The translations under genes were made by a program, and so were the position numbers. Below, in pieces: positions 7,431 to 18,306 of a stretch of 22,482 bases of DNA. The stretch is from an uncultured Methanomicrobiales archaeon (lineage in GTDB: Archaea; Halobacteriota; Methanomicrobia; Methanomicrobiales; Methanospirillaceae), in assembly GCA_963758915.1 (NCBI GenBank), contig CAVWXH010000004.1, positions 1 to 22,482 of the forward strand, in the 5' to 3' direction. Position 1 is the first letter of the stretch. Each line of letters begins with the position of its first letter. The notes under the pieces were generated by a model that had not been told where the DNA came from, searched no databases, and saw only the letters and a list, made by a program, of their open reading frames with translations.

Positions 7431-8239
7431 TAGTGGACCTGACGCCGTTCCCACCAACGATAGAGCAGGTCGATCACCTCATGGTCCAGGTACCGGAACC
7501 GGAACAACTCTATCAGCTCTTCAGTGAAGATCTCGGGCTACCCATTGCCTGGCCGATGGTGGACTACGGCCCGTTTAAAAGCGGCGGGGTCTCGTTCGGG
7601 AACGTAAACCTGGAGGTCCTGAACAGCTCGGAAGAGATGAGATCGCAGGGCCTGATCCCGGATGGCAACGGGATCATCGGGATTGCATTCCAGCCATCAG
7701 AACCCCTTGAGTCCACCGTCAACGTCCTCGATGCCGGCAAAGTCCCCCGTGGCCCGATTCTGCCGTTCAGTGTTGTGCAGAACGGGACATCCATGACACT
7801 CTGGAAAAACCTCGAACTCAGTGATATGATGCCCGGTTCCCTGATTTTTTATTGCGAATATACCTTCAGGGACCAGAGCGGTTTCCGCCAGCATATGGAG
7901 CAGATGCTTGCAACTGCAAACGGTGGGGAACTGGGGGTAACCGGTCTGAAGGAGATCACCATTGAATATGCAGACCCTTCAGTCCTCGGACAATGGCAGA
8001 AGATACTTCCCGGAGCTGCAGGAGGGGTACCTGAACAACGGGACGGTGGCAGCGGGGTCACTGTTCACCTGAAAAAATCTGAACGGAACATGATAGCTTC
8101 CATCACGCTTCAGGTGAAATCCCTGGCAGTGGCAAAGGCAGCCCTTGAGAGAAAAGAATTCCTCGGGAAAGTATCAGAGGGGATGATTTCCCTAAACCCC
8201 GGTAAAATATCCGGACTGCAGGTATTTATTACTGAATAG
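7424..8239 (+). CDS. VOC/glyoxalase-like domain protein (start uncertain)
   Basis: VDHLMVQV...LFSEDLGLPIAWP...SGGVSFGNVNLEV resembles Glyoxalase_3-type N-termini. Overlaps the upstream stop codon. Confidence 0.65.
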   Translation: MLIVDLTPFPPTIEQVDHLMVQVPEPEQLYQLFSEDLGLPIAWPMVDYGPFKSGGVSFGNVNLEVLNSSEEMRSQGLIPDGNGIIGIAFQPSEPLESTVNVLDAGKVPRGPILPFSVVQNGTSMTLWKNLELSDMMPGSLIFYCEYTFRDQSGFRQHMEQMLATANGGELGVTGLKEITIEYADPSVLGQWQKILPGAAGGVPEQRDGGSGVTVHLKKSERNMIASITLQVKSLAVAKAALERKEFLGKVSEGMISLNPGKISGLQVFITE

Positions 8240-8429
8240 GGCCGGTTCTATTCAACATTTTTACCGGCCGGGACCAATAACATTCACTGGCCGGCTGTGA
8301 AAAATAGAAAAGCAGCCCTGAATAGATTCATTAAAAAGATATGATATCGACTGGGACGGTGAATCTGAAGCTCAGCATAAACAATTGAAACAATCCGGGT
8401 TATCACTATTGCCTGGTCTGAAAATAAGA

Positions 8430-8663
8430 TTATTTCGGGATGTACTGCTGCAACGATTGCGAGACCGTTTCAGGAACCCCGAGATTCCCGAGGATTGGCA
8501 TCAGGAGCTGCCCCGCAAGAGGCTTTCCCTCGGGACTTCCAATAAACTTCTGAATCATTGCCATCCCTTCAGGGGATGTAAGAAATTGTATGATCTGTTC
8601 CTTGCCCTCGGGAGAGTTGAGTCCCCCGCTGATAATCCCACCTAGTCCTCCAATGTTTACCAT
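8430..8663 (-). CDS. Small hypothetical protein (77 aa)
   Basis: GAGGT RBS before the ATG. Three SPEG-containing helical repeats. Confidence 0.7.
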   Translation of the reverse strand: MVNIGGLGGIISGGLNSPEGKEQIIQFLTSPEGMAMIQKFIGSPEGKPLAGQLLMPILGNLGVPETVSQSLQQYIPK

Positions 8664-9118
8664 ACCGTTTACCTCAGGTCAGATAGAGACACTTATGAAC
8701 AATAAAGATATCCTCTGAATTTTGGGATAGTCCTGGATTATGTAATTGCCGAAACTGCTTTTTTTGGTCACATCTTCGATATCCGGGGAATGTTTCCGGA
8801 TCATGGAATGCCCGGCACCACTTCGGTCCCTGCATCCGGCATTATTAACAGCGTTAACAGTTCCTGAAAGAATAGAGCAAAACGGCAGCCTCATGCAGGC
8901 CTGTCCTGGACCGGGTCACGGTTTTCTCCGTTAGGTATTCCATTAACTCCGTGTTGTCCGGGGGTGGATATGGCCAGAATAAAGAGAATACAGAATAAAG
9001 CAGGCCAGCTGCTTATTGGCAATCCGATTTTGGCTTTCCGGGCGAAAAAAAAGGTTTGGGGGGAGGGGAAGTTGGCAACTCCAGCCATTTTTTAAGGTGG
9101 AAGGGAACGTGAATAATT

Positions 9119-9511
9119 ATGGACATGAAGCACATCACGGAGATGTTTGAACAGGGTGCAGTCCTCTTTCCGGATTTTGAAACAGATGCAGCTGAAATAC
9201 CATGGAGCCCGCATTCAAAATGGAAAGGGGTCTTCTTAAAAGGCCTCGTGACCGGGAAAGATACCGATGGCAAACTCAGTTACCACCTGGTGAAAATTTT
9301 AAAAGACTGTGAGGTCGGGGACCACGATCATGCGACCCAGTGGGAATGGAACCTGATCATCAGCGGGAACGGCGTGTTTGTCATCGGGGACAAGGAAGTA
9401 ACCATAGAGCCCGGCCAGACATTCGTCACACCGCCGGGAATCCATCATATCGTGAGCGCCGGTGATGAAGAGCTCCTGTTGCTGGCGATTTTTACACCGG
9501 CACTGGTCTGA
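9119..9511 (+). CDS. Cupin_2-domain protein
   Basis: HDH...E (motif 1) and PG.....PPGIHH (motif 2). Confidence 0.88.
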   Translation: MDMKHITEMFEQGAVLFPDFETDAAEIPWSPHSKWKGVFLKGLVTGKDTDGKLSYHLVKILKDCEVGDHDHATQWEWNLIISGNGVFVIGDKEVTIEPGQTFVTPPGIHHIVSAGDEELLLLAIFTPALV

Positions 9512-9521
9512 CTGGGATGAA

Positions 9522-10037
9522 TTAACCATTCCCGTACCGGGGATCAAGTCCGGCAGCTTTCCTGTTGCATTCCGCCGCTTCCTCATTTTTCCCCCAGTCA
9601 CGGAATGCCATTCCTTTCAGGTGCCAGGTACCTGCATCATCCGGACTGATCTCCAGGGCGTGGTCATAGCAGGTAATCGCCTCGTCGTAACGTTTCAGGT
9701 TATGAAGGGCGACCCCCTTTGCTATCCAGGCTTCGGTAAAATCCCGGATCGATTGCAAGGGCGGCATCAAAGTAGTGCAGTGACTCGTTGTACTGGCCAT
9801 ATTGTGTAAGGTTGGTCAGTCCCTTAATGAACAGGTCCTTTGCTTCCGGGTAGGATGTCGAAATCCCGTCGCTTTGGAATGAAATTACAATTGCAGAACC
9901 ACCATAATTGGTGACCGGTCGCCGGGGACAGCAGGCAACGGACCCGGTAACGGTTGTGGATTTATTGTATGGGAGACACACCCGCCGGTAAGGCAGGTAA
10001 CAACCAGAAGGATGCTGATAACCAATACCAGTCGCAT
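9522..10037 (-). CDS. Lipoprotein-like TPR protein; two compensating frameshifts (~9918, ~9742)
   Basis: ATG 10037 MRLVLVISILLVVTCLTGGC..., then AKDLFIKG...FDAALAIDP, then EAWIAKGVALHNLKRYDEAITCYDHALEISPDDAGTW. The total span is a multiple of 3. Confidence 0.8.
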
Positions 10038-10295
10038 GTGGATTATTCTGGTTATGGAACGTTATCTCTTATGGTGCAAAGGAAAGGCAGGTCCGGTATC
10101 CGGTTTTCGGTACTTCTTTGAAAAATTCGGGGTTAATGCAGATTTAACCCCCCTTTTGGCACCGGGGGAGTTCTGCGCCAGCCGGAAACATTATTATTGT
10201 ACCATTTTTCCTGCAGGTTCCGGCCTGTCGCGACGTCCAAAAAAATAAGGTTCCCTGCATCCTTTCTTTTATCAACCAACGGAACAGGACACCTC

Positions 10296-10941
10296 ATGAG
10301 TTTCATTTTGTACCTCGTCATTATCCTCATCACACTCGTCATCATCATCGCCCATAGCGTGGCGGTTCGCATCCCGCCGGTACGTTATCCCCTGCCCGGT
10401 ATGGATGAAAGGGATGCTTGATTCCCCCCATTCCGGGGAAATGAGCGAACGTACGCAGAAAACAATCAGGCACCTTGATCTTCGGCCCGGGTTGGATGTG
10501 CTGGACGTCGGCTGTGGCCCTGGCCGGCTCACCATCCCCATAGCTCATGCAGTCGGCCCCAAAGGAGCAGTCACTGCGATCGATATCCAGGAGGGGATGC
10601 TCGAGGAAGCCGGGAACCGGTCCCGTTCGGCGAACCTCACCAATATCCGTTTTCTTCAGATCGGCGCCGGGGAGGGAAAACTTGAGCACAACCGGTTCGA
10701 CCGGGCCGTAATGGTGACGGTGCTGGGAGAGATCCCGGACCGGAATGCAGCCCTGGAGGAGATCTTTCTGGCCCTTAAGCCCGGAGGTTTCCTGGTAATC
10801 GAGGAGACCATCCGGGACCCCCATTTCCAGACCCGGGGCACCGTCAGGAAACTTGCCGCTGCTGCTGGTTTTACTGAACGGGAATTCTCGGGGAGCCGTT
10901 TTTCCTACACCATAACCCTCGGAAAGCCGACCGGTGCCTGA
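10296..10941 (+). CDS. Membrane-anchored class I SAM methyltransferase (UbiE-like); frameshift at ~10352
   Basis: N-terminal TM helix. Removing one C gives IAWRFASRRYVIPCPVWMKGMLD. Contains VLDVGCGPG and VLGEIPD...LKPGG. Confidence 0.88.
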
Positions 10942-10976
10942 CGACGGGCCCAACACCCGAACGTCAGAAAAAAGGT

Positions 10977-11539
10977 TTATTTCTTCTGGTACTTCTTCCC
11001 GGCCGAGAATGCCTTTTCAACCTGACTTCCCAACGCCAAAATAATTCATCTGGGCGTAGACAATCGGGTTGATCTTTTCGACATCGGGTTTTCCATCTGT
11101 CAGGCATGACCGGTCGGCATGGATCTCCATGATCTCCCCGATATACAGCAGGTGACTTCCGCACTCAACTGACTTGAACAGTCTTGCATTCGATGTTGAC
11201 CGGGCACTCTTCTGCCATTGGTGCTGTCTTCAGTTTCCCGTAAAACGACCGGAAGACACCGGTCTTGTCCTCGTTCACACCGGAGACGAGCCCGCAGTGA
11301 TCGGTCTCGACTACCTGGTTTTCAGACGGGACATTCAGGCTGAAGGTCTTGTTCTCATCGATCCCCTTCGCGGTATACCGTACCTTGTTGATCGCCACGC
11401 AGACCATCGGGGGCGCCATGCAGGCGACCGTGGCCCAGGCAGCGGTCATATAGTTCGGCTTTCCTTTCACATTTGCTCCCACAAGGACGGTTGGCATAAC
11501 ACTCATGTACGGCATCGGGCCGAGCGTGATCTTTTCCAT
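10977..11539 (-). CDS. Flavin reductase / flavoredoxin family protein; two extra bases (~11182, ~11025)
   Basis: MPTVLVGA...PNYMTAAW...FSLNVPS...DHCGLVSG...APMAEECPVNIECK, repaired to LFKSVECGSHLLYIGEI...DGKPDVEKINPIVY...KAFSAGKKYQKK. Confidence 0.88.
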
Positions 11540-11708
11540 GGTATTCACTTCGGAATATGGTATGTGGAGGTGTTGTTTAATGGTATCTTCACCGGGTCGC
11601 AGGCTTTACCTATGACAGGTCTCGCATTGATACCTCAATGCTACAATTCTCAAAAATTCGGGGGGGCCCGGGTATTGGGGGATGAACGTTTATCCGGTCA
11701 TGTTCCAT

Positions 11709-12299
11709 TCAGGACTCCGGAATCGTTTTCCGCATGACCCATTCTCTTCCATATACAAATCCGTTCCTGATCGCAGGTCCAAGGGTCAGCCAGAATAATA
11801 CCGTCCCGGCGGTCATGACCCAGAAGATGTTGTTGCCAAAATAACTGATGAATTTACTCTCAAAAGGACGGCCAAAAAAGACGGTCCCACATGTTGCAAG
11901 GAGGGCCATGCAGACGAGGGTAATGACAAATGATACCAGCCAGAAACACCCGGTGCTATAGAACCCCATCCGGATATCGTGCCCTTTCATCAGCCGGTGC
12001 CATACCAGGTACGAGAGATACGGGTAGAGGAAGTTGATGAGAAATCCAAAGATGCTCATCGGGGACCAGGAACCAAAAAGGTCTCCGGCGACGTTCCCGA
12101 TGCAAAGACCCCAGGCAGCCGCCGGGCCCCAGAGGATCCCAAGGACAACCGGAAGGGCTGCTGCCGGACGGAGCGAGACCCCCGCAATATCCCAGTGGAC
12201 CTGGTTGAAGGGAATCAGGATTAGCAGGTAAATAACCGCACTCAGCGCGATAAATACCAGCCCTTTCCTTTCGGTCCAGGCCCCGGCGAGCTCATGCAT
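11709..12299 (-). CDS. QueT-like / ECF S-component-like membrane protein
   Basis: 5-6 hydrophobic segments and LRPAAALPVVLGILWGPAAAWG..IGN..GD motif. Confidence 0.7.
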   Translation of the reverse strand: MHELAGAWTERKGLVFIALSAVIYLLILIPFNQVHWDIAGVSLRPAAALPVVLGILWGPAAAWGLCIGNVAGDLFGSWSPMSIFGFLINFLYPYLSYLVWHRLMKGHDIRMGFYSTGCFWLVSFVITLVCMALLATCGTVFFGRPFESKFISYFGNNIFWVMTAGTVLFWLTLGPAIRNGFVYGREWVMRKTIPES

Positions 12300-12342
12300 A
12301 CTATCCGTTCTGTTTTAACGGCAAAAAAGGACCCGTCCCGCA

Positions 12343-12618
12343 CTACAGCTTAAACCCGGGTATCGTGTCGAACAGTTGCTGGTACAGCCTGTTGAAGAGG
12401 GTAATGTACTCCGCGGCCTGCTCAGTGCTGGCATACAGGGTTTTTCCGTCATTCTGTACCCGGGACAGGTACCCGCGGGATTCGAGAAATTCGAGGTATT
12501 CCTGCCCGGTCTTCGAATTGAGGTCGCAACGGCCGATGATCCCGGTAAACGACCTCGGGGTTTTGCAGAACACAAGGATCTCCCAGTATATCTCGTAGAC
12601 GGTCCGACGCCCGCTCAT
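12343..12618 (-). CDS. Archaeal winged-helix DNA-binding protein (HTH_45-like)
   Basis: RR..YEIYWEIL..C...T.I...C.LN.....EYL..L...GYL. ATGA overlap with the upstream gene. Confidence 0.82.
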   Translation of the reverse strand: MSGRRTVYEIYWEILVFCKTPRSFTGIIGRCDLNSKTGQEYLEFLESRGYLSRVQNDGKTLYASTEQAAEYITLFNRLYQQLFDTIPGFKL

Positions 12619-13256
12619 GTCCGGTCCAACCCCAGTTTTTTCGCCAGTTCAGATTCTGACCGTGAAATTTCATCCTCACGGTGGTCCCAGGTCTTTGAGA
12701 ATTTCATGAAATAGAATGAACTCAGCAGGCTCACCATCCCAACACCAAGCGCCAGGAGTGCCGAGGGTATCAGGAGGTAGCTGTTCAGCGAGAAACTGCC
12801 CGAAGACAGGCTGAAGGAAAAAAATTCCAGGCTGTTGAGAACACCAAGGATGAGGAAACAGAAACCGCCCAGTGTGCAGACAAGGATCATATTACGGATC
12901 GGTTTTTTATTCCCGCGGTAGTGGGCAGTCATCCTTACAATCCAGCAGGTGAGAGTCTCCTCTGGTACCGGCTCTTTATGGTCCCGGAATTCCCTGCGGA
13001 TCATAGTAACCCCTTGGAGAATCTTCGCACTGAACAGTACCCAGCTGAGCCCGAGCCCGAAGCATACCATGGCGAAGATGCCGGTAAGTGCCCGAAGAGT
13101 TGTTGTTGCCGGTAATCCTGTCAGCCCCAGGACGGATGAAACGATAAACTGCATCCCGAACGCCATCGCCATGGCGCCGAATACCAGGTTCAGGAGGACT
13201 AATGCAAAGAAACTGTTGATCTCTTTTTTAAACCGTGGAAGGTTTTCGGGTGTCAT
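12615..13256 (-). CDS. Hypothetical 4-TM membrane protein
   Basis: Four hydrophobic helices, GGTGA RBS, translationally coupled to the wHTH gene. Confidence 0.8.
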   Translation of the reverse strand: MTPENLPRFKKEINSFFALVLLNLVFGAMAMAFGMQFIVSSVLGLTGLPATTTLRALTGIFAMVCFGLGLSWVLFSAKILQGVTMIRREFRDHKEPVPEETLTCWIVRMTAHYRGNKKPIRNMILVCTLGGFCFLILGVLNSLEFFSFSLSSGSFSLNSYLLIPSALLALGVGMVSLLSSFYFMKFSKTWDHREDEISRSESELAKKLGLDRT

Positions 13257-13567
13257 CTGGTTTGTTCACCGGTATACCTGTATATTGGGGTTCTGTAAAT
13301 AAAGACCATGAAACTGAGATACGTACCTCCACCGGAGTACAGACCTCATGCACCCCGTTTTTGGAAGTACCTGGTTTATGAAAGGGCCGGATTCATCGCC
13401 GAACGGGCTGTTCCACATCATGTAGCCTGGGCAATGTCCGCATCACCAGTTCGTATCAGGTCATGGTCGGACTCGTTACTGACAGGGTTCAGATTTAATG
13501 GCTGCAGGGGTGAACTTGATGCAAAAAAATGGATCTGTACCGGATTCTGACAATTATTGTACGTGAT

Positions 13568-14522
13568 TTATGAGTCCAGGAAGAACGTAACAATCCGTTC
13601 GAACTTCTCCGGGTACTGGTACATCATCCCGTGACCACCACCAGGTACCTGGATGACCCATGCACCCGGAATACTCCCTCCAATAACAAATGCATTTTCC
13701 GGGACACTGATTACGTCCTCAGCCCCGTTCAGGACCAGTGTCGGTGACCGGATACCCGGGAGGCGGGAGTATGTCCCGTTCCATGAGCTGATGGCCTCAA
13801 CCTGGCGATCGTAACTCTCCGGAGGCGATGTCTCAGTCGGGAACGGGAAGTAGGTCGCGGGTTCGGTGGTCACGGAGCCAGGCCGCAGGGAACAGGAGCG
13901 AAAACAGCCGTTCACCCCGTTCACGTGCAGAACCGGACGAATTGGTGAGCTGCTCCAGGACGGCCGGCGATGCCGGAATGCTCTCGTTTCCACCGACCGT
14001 CCCGGCATACAGGATGAGCCGGTCGACCTTCCCGGGATGACGGAGTGCCAGTTCCTGGGTGATATCGGCACCCATAGACCAGCCGAGGACATCGGCCCGG
14101 CTGATATTCAGGGCATCCAGAAGCCCTGCCGCATCGTCAGCAAAGAGCGAAATGGAGAACTGCTTGTCAGACGTGGTGGTATTTCCCATCCCCCGGTTGT
14201 CGAAGATTATTACCCGGTGATGTGCAGAAAGGTTCGCGAGGACCGCCGGTGGCCAGAGGTCCATCGTAGACCCGTATCCCATGATGAGAAGGAGGGGTTT
14301 TCCCTGGCCGAAATCCTTGTATGCAACCTCAATGTCATCGACCCGGACTTTTTTAACCGGGACATGGCCTGCCCCCTGTCCAGGGGAACCTGGAGCAGGA
14401 AGCGTAACCACAGGTGAAGAGGTTGCCGGACTTTCAGGGAGCCCCTGCCCAGGTCCGGTACAGCCTGCCAGGAGAAGGAACAGGGCGAGAATAAGGATGA
14501 CGAGGGGGGAAAATGAAGGCAT
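13568..14522 (-). CDS. Lipoprotein-like alpha/beta hydrolase; frameshift at ~13865
   Basis: LLAGC signal, FDNRG.G, nucleophile GWSMG, acid GAEDV and His GGGHG, split across two ORFs. Confidence 0.88.
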
Positions 14523-14642
14523 ATAGCCCAGTTAGCGGCCGGAGGGTAAAAAGATACTGTACAGACCTGTGAAATATTTCCGGTTGCCGTTATTGATATA
14601 GGGTACAGGGTATTGGGCAAAAACGGATTTCAGACCGCCCGG

Positions 14643-15134
14643 TCATGTCCGTACGGTATAACCAGCACTGACCAGGATCCGGATCACATGGTCGTCCCAG
14701 GCGGCATCGTCACACCCTGCCAGGTGGTTGATCTGCTCTTCGAAAAGCCGCGTCAGGGCCTCATCTTCTGAGGCCAGGTGACGCTGGCACATGATTCTTC
14801 CGGCCCTTTTTCCACCCGGATTCAGGATCAGCAGGCGCCAGCAGCCATAGTCCCTGCAGATCTCAGGGCGTGTCTGGTGGATGGTACAATATCCTTTTTC
14901 AGACGGCGCATCATACCGGAAAAACGGGCATGCCTCGGGGCGTTCGGAAAAAATACTCGTATCACAAAAGAGGGATATTTTGTCCGGGTCAACAGATACC
15001 GCTGTTTTTTCACCCGTGTACTGGTTATTCACCAGAAAATGATAATTCCCGGATTCCTCTATTATGGTATGAACCTGCCCCAGGTAGCTGCAGCATTCTC
15101 CACACTGACTACATTCAAACGACAGGGGATCCAA
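14643..15134 (-). CDS. YkgJ-family cysteine cluster (CxxCxxCC) protein; start uncertain (TTG 15134 or CTG 15125)
   Basis: FECSQCGECC...CPFF...CTIH.TRP.ICRDYGC. Confidence 0.85.
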   Translation of the reverse strand: MDPLSFECSQCGECCSYLGQVHTIIEESGNYHFLVNNQYTGEKTAVSVDPDKISLFCDTSIFSERPEACPFFRYDAPSEKGYCTIHQTRPEICRDYGCWRLLILNPGGKRAGRIMCQRHLASEDEALTRLFEEQINHLAGCDDAAWDDHVIRILVSAGYTVRT

Positions 15135-15355
15135 CCTCCAGCCGATACCGGATAGTGAGGTTGTTCGTTGTACTATCACAAAAATATACCCCGGGATTAA
15201 GTTGAAAATGCTAAAAGGGGTTCCGGCTCTTTCACCACGATTCCACAAGCCCTGAAAACAAAAAGAGTTCCCCTCAATTGCGTTTCTTTATCCTTTAAAT
15301 TTTTACGAGTCAGAGAGTACAGCATGAATCTGTCCTGTGTGAGGTTGTTCCCGTC

Positions 15356-16063
15356 ATGAATTGCGAACAACATGTTTCGTGGATCAGCAGGGTTAAAGAA
15401 TCGTTCCGCTGCTCCTTCGGTGAGATTGTCTTTGGCATGTCGGACGGTACCGTCTCGATTTTCGGCCTCGTGGCCGGTATGCTGGCGGGTGCCCAGTCCG
15501 GTGATGTTATCCTCCTTGCCGGTGCAACCGCAGCAATCGCGGCAACAGTCTCCATGATGGCGGGTGTCTTCATGGACCTTGAGTCAGAAAAGGATGCGGC
15601 CCGCGTGGAAGCGGAACGGCGGGCGGCAGAGATCCATCGTGATCCCGATGTTGCTGTGAAGAAACTGATGGGTGATCTGCAGGGCTCCGGCCTGAGTCAG
15701 ACAAGTCTTGATGCGATCCAGGTTGATCTCCAGACGAATCCCCTCACCATCCAGAAGTTTGAGGATGCGGTATCAGCCGAGGAGGAGACGCCGGCAGAGA
15801 AAGCCCCGCCCTATGTCCATGCATGCTGGATGGGGATTGCTGACTTCATCGCTGCGATGACCCCGGTTATCCCGTTTGCGTTCCTGCCAGTTGAAGAGGC
15901 GAAGTATGTCTGCATTGCGGGGACTGCGGTGCTCCTGCTCCTGCTGGGTATCGGGCGGGCACGGCTTGGCCAGCGCCCGTTATTCCGGACGGTGCTCGAG
16001 ACCATGGCAATTGCAACCGCTGCAGGTATTGCCGGTGTGATCTTCGCCCTGATTATCACCTGA
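15356..16063 (+). CDS. VIT1/CCC1-family Fe/Mn transporter
   Basis: EIVFGMSDG.V...GLVAG, SMMAG, Glu-rich cytoplasmic segment, P.IPF and five TM helices. Confidence 0.9.
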   Translation: MNCEQHVSWISRVKESFRCSFGEIVFGMSDGTVSIFGLVAGMLAGAQSGDVILLAGATAAIAATVSMMAGVFMDLESEKDAARVEAERRAAEIHRDPDVAVKKLMGDLQGSGLSQTSLDAIQVDLQTNPLTIQKFEDAVSAEEETPAEKAPPYVHACWMGIADFIAAMTPVIPFAFLPVEEAKYVCIAGTAVLLLLLGIGRARLGQRPLFRTVLETMAIATAAGIAGVIFALIIT

Positions 16064-16263
16064 CGAGGAAGGGGACAAAACCGGCTTCCTTGTGCCCTAT
16101 ATCGAAACACTTTTTTCAACCGGAGATACGGGAATTAATTTCAAGCGTCGTGGGACAACGGATATACAGGATAGTATGTATTCGAAAGCGTCAAATCTGA
16201 TTTTTTCCACCCGGAATCACGGAATGTACTGTTGATTACGAAAAAAAATGAACGGTAAGAATA

Positions 16264-16455
16264 TTATTCATCAAGCGGTTTGAAAACACCTTTTTTTGCC
16301 TTGAGGATTTTGCATTCAGGACAGCGCCAGGTGTCAGGAACATCTTTCCATGCTGTCCCAGGAGTTATCCCATTTTTTGGGTCTCCCTTTATCGGATCAT
16401 AAATATAATGGCATTCGAGACACACATACCGAATCATTTTCACCAACTCTGCCAT
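16264..16455 (-). CDS. Rubredoxin
   Basis: YVCLECHYIYDP..GDP..GI.PGT.W..VPD.W.CPEC. Confidence 0.9.
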   Translation of the reverse strand: MAELVKMIRYVCLECHYIYDPIKGDPKNGITPGTAWKDVPDTWRCPECKILKAKKGVFKPLDE

Positions 16456-16686
16456 GGTTCATTCAACTCTGTTCAATCTCATTAATTGGTTGATCATTTC
16501 AACGTGTATTCTTAAGAATTCTTTTCACGAGGCAATTCTTAATTCTCCTCTCGTACTCTCCACCGTCCGGATGGATAGCGGGTACCTGAAATGTATCGCT
16601 CCCGAAAATTGTTAGAATTCCAGGATTTCAATGAAAAATGCGACAATTCGCAGTAACCAGGCGGGGAATAAAAAAGGATGAGGGGG

Positions 16687-17409
16687 TTATCGGATCAGGT
16701 ATGTCACCGTGACGGTTGCCGTCACGGTCACGTCACCCGGCTGGATCGGTGTTGGCGCTGCCCCGGATGCCGAATCACTCCTTGCATAGTTCTGGAACAG
16801 CACCGGGGTGTACCCCTGGCCGACATCAACCGTCTTTACCGCGGTAATGTTGACACCGAGTGCGGTGGCGACAGTCTGTGCATCGGCGGCCGCCCTGGCA
16901 GTTGCTTCTTTCAGCGCCTCGGTCCTGAGCACCTGTGCCTGTTCATCCGAGAGGAGGAACTGGATGGAGTTCGCCTGGTTAATCCCGTTCGCAACACCGA
17001 TGTCAATAACCTCACCGGTCCGGCTTACATCGTGGAGGGTGACCGTCAGGGTATTCGTTACGCGATAGGCCTTGATCTTCTGCCCGATAGGGAATTTTGA
17101 ATCATCGTATACCGGGTAGATGTTGTAACCGGTCGTCTTGAGGGCATCTTTCGGGATCCCGGCAGCCTTCAGTGCATCCATAACTTTTGTCATTATGGCA
17201 GCATTTTCCGCCTGGGCTGCTTTTACATCAATATTCTCTGTTTCGACAGCGAGTGAAATCTGGGCACGGTCCGGGGTACCGATAACAGAGCCGGTCCCTG
17301 AAGCTGTAATTGTCCGATCATCGCTTGTATCAGCCGCCGAAACAGTTCCAATCGCCAGAAGGGCAACGAGAACCACGAGGGCCGTCAGAATTGCTATTCT
17401 ATTCTTCAT
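16687..17409 (-). CDS. SIMPL-domain (DUF541) secreted protein
   Basis: Signal peptide, TI...G.G.V...PD.A.I...VET, ID.....G.N....I.F, and I.PG...V.A.V.V.Y. Confidence 0.92.
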   Translation of the reverse strand: MKNRIAILTALVVLVALLAIGTVSAADTSDDRTITASGTGSVIGTPDRAQISLAVETENIDVKAAQAENAAIMTKVMDALKAAGIPKDALKTTGYNIYPVYDDSKFPIGQKIKAYRVTNTLTVTLHDVSRTGEVIDIGVANGINQANSIQFLLSDEQAQVLRTEALKEATARAAADAQTVATALGVNITAVKTVDVGQGYTPVLFQNYARSDSASGAAPTPIQPGDVTVTATVTVTYLIR

Positions 17410-17636
17410 GATTGATCAGGACACTGTTTCGCGGCGTTCTGTTTAATCTTTCCCTTGACTGCGAACAGAATGGCAGTCATGATGAGATCGACTGATACCT
17501 GGTATATCCGGGTGAATCACGATATTATTGCCCTGATTGCTTCCGTACATCTTTTTTTTAGAGACCTGGTATAGTAATAAGATGATTATAGGAGTAGGAC
17601 CATACGTTCCGGTGCTGACGAAGTGGTGAAAAAGAT

Positions 17637-17907
17637 ATGATTACGCAGGATATTGTACAGAAACTTTGGGATGCGGCGGGTTATGGGAATGTTGCGGTAT
17701 GGGAGGACGACACCATGACGGTTGTTCCGCCGGATTATCCCGGTGAAACCGAAGGTAAAAAACCGCTTGTCATCCTCAAGCCCATCGCACTCGTGAACCG
17801 GTTTGAGACTGCTTGGTTTCGCCCTCAATGACGAAGAATTGCTGGGGAACATCGAAGAAACAATCCGTGCTGCCGGCGGACAGGTGACAAGAGGCCCGAA
17901 GTCATAG
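17637..17907 (+). CDS. Small hypothetical protein; frameshift at ~17810
   Basis: GGTGA RBS. Removing one base extends the ORF with LGFALNDEELLGNIEETIRAAGGQVTRGPKS to TAG 17907. Confidence 0.65.
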
Positions 17908-18270
17908 CCATTTTTATAGCAGTTTCCCGCTTAGCACCGGGTTACTTCAGGACCCGGCCAACCAGGAAAAACGATGCATAAAACAAAAACAGAGGCCTCT
18001 TTTTTTCACGGAACACGCACAATTCCGGACCTGAAACATTTTTGCACGGGGCCTGCAGCGGGGACGGTGATCCGGGGGAGTGAGGTCCTCCGGGGCATCG
18101 GTCCTGTACCGATAATCAACCTTTTAGAATGTGTTGATCTGCCATCAGGCTCCGAAAAATTGTCAGCCGCCTTCAGGAAAGGTCCCGGTTGTACATCAAT
18201 CAGCTGTGCCCCGATAACACCGCGAAGACCCCCGCTGATTTTCGGGAAGTGTCCTGACCAGCAAGTATAT

Positions 18271-18290
18271 AGTTAGGTAAAGCCTGAGCT
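18271..18290. promoter_or_regulatory. Candidate MarR operator (imperfect palindrome)
   Basis: AGTTAGG-taaag-CCTGAGCT just upstream of marR. The related half-site AGTCAGGTAA recurs at 18717-18726 before lon. Confidence 0.35.
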
Positions 18291-18306
18291 AACGAAAGAT
18301 CGACGT

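Noticed and set aside
13308-13550. 80-aa ORF with YERAGF, reminiscent of a GNAT C-terminal motif
   Set aside because: The match is only six residues and there is no acetyl-CoA binding motif A. A BLASTX search would be needed.
17974-18276. 100-aa ORF upstream of marR
   Set aside because: No recognisable domain or RBS, and it runs into the marR promoter region.
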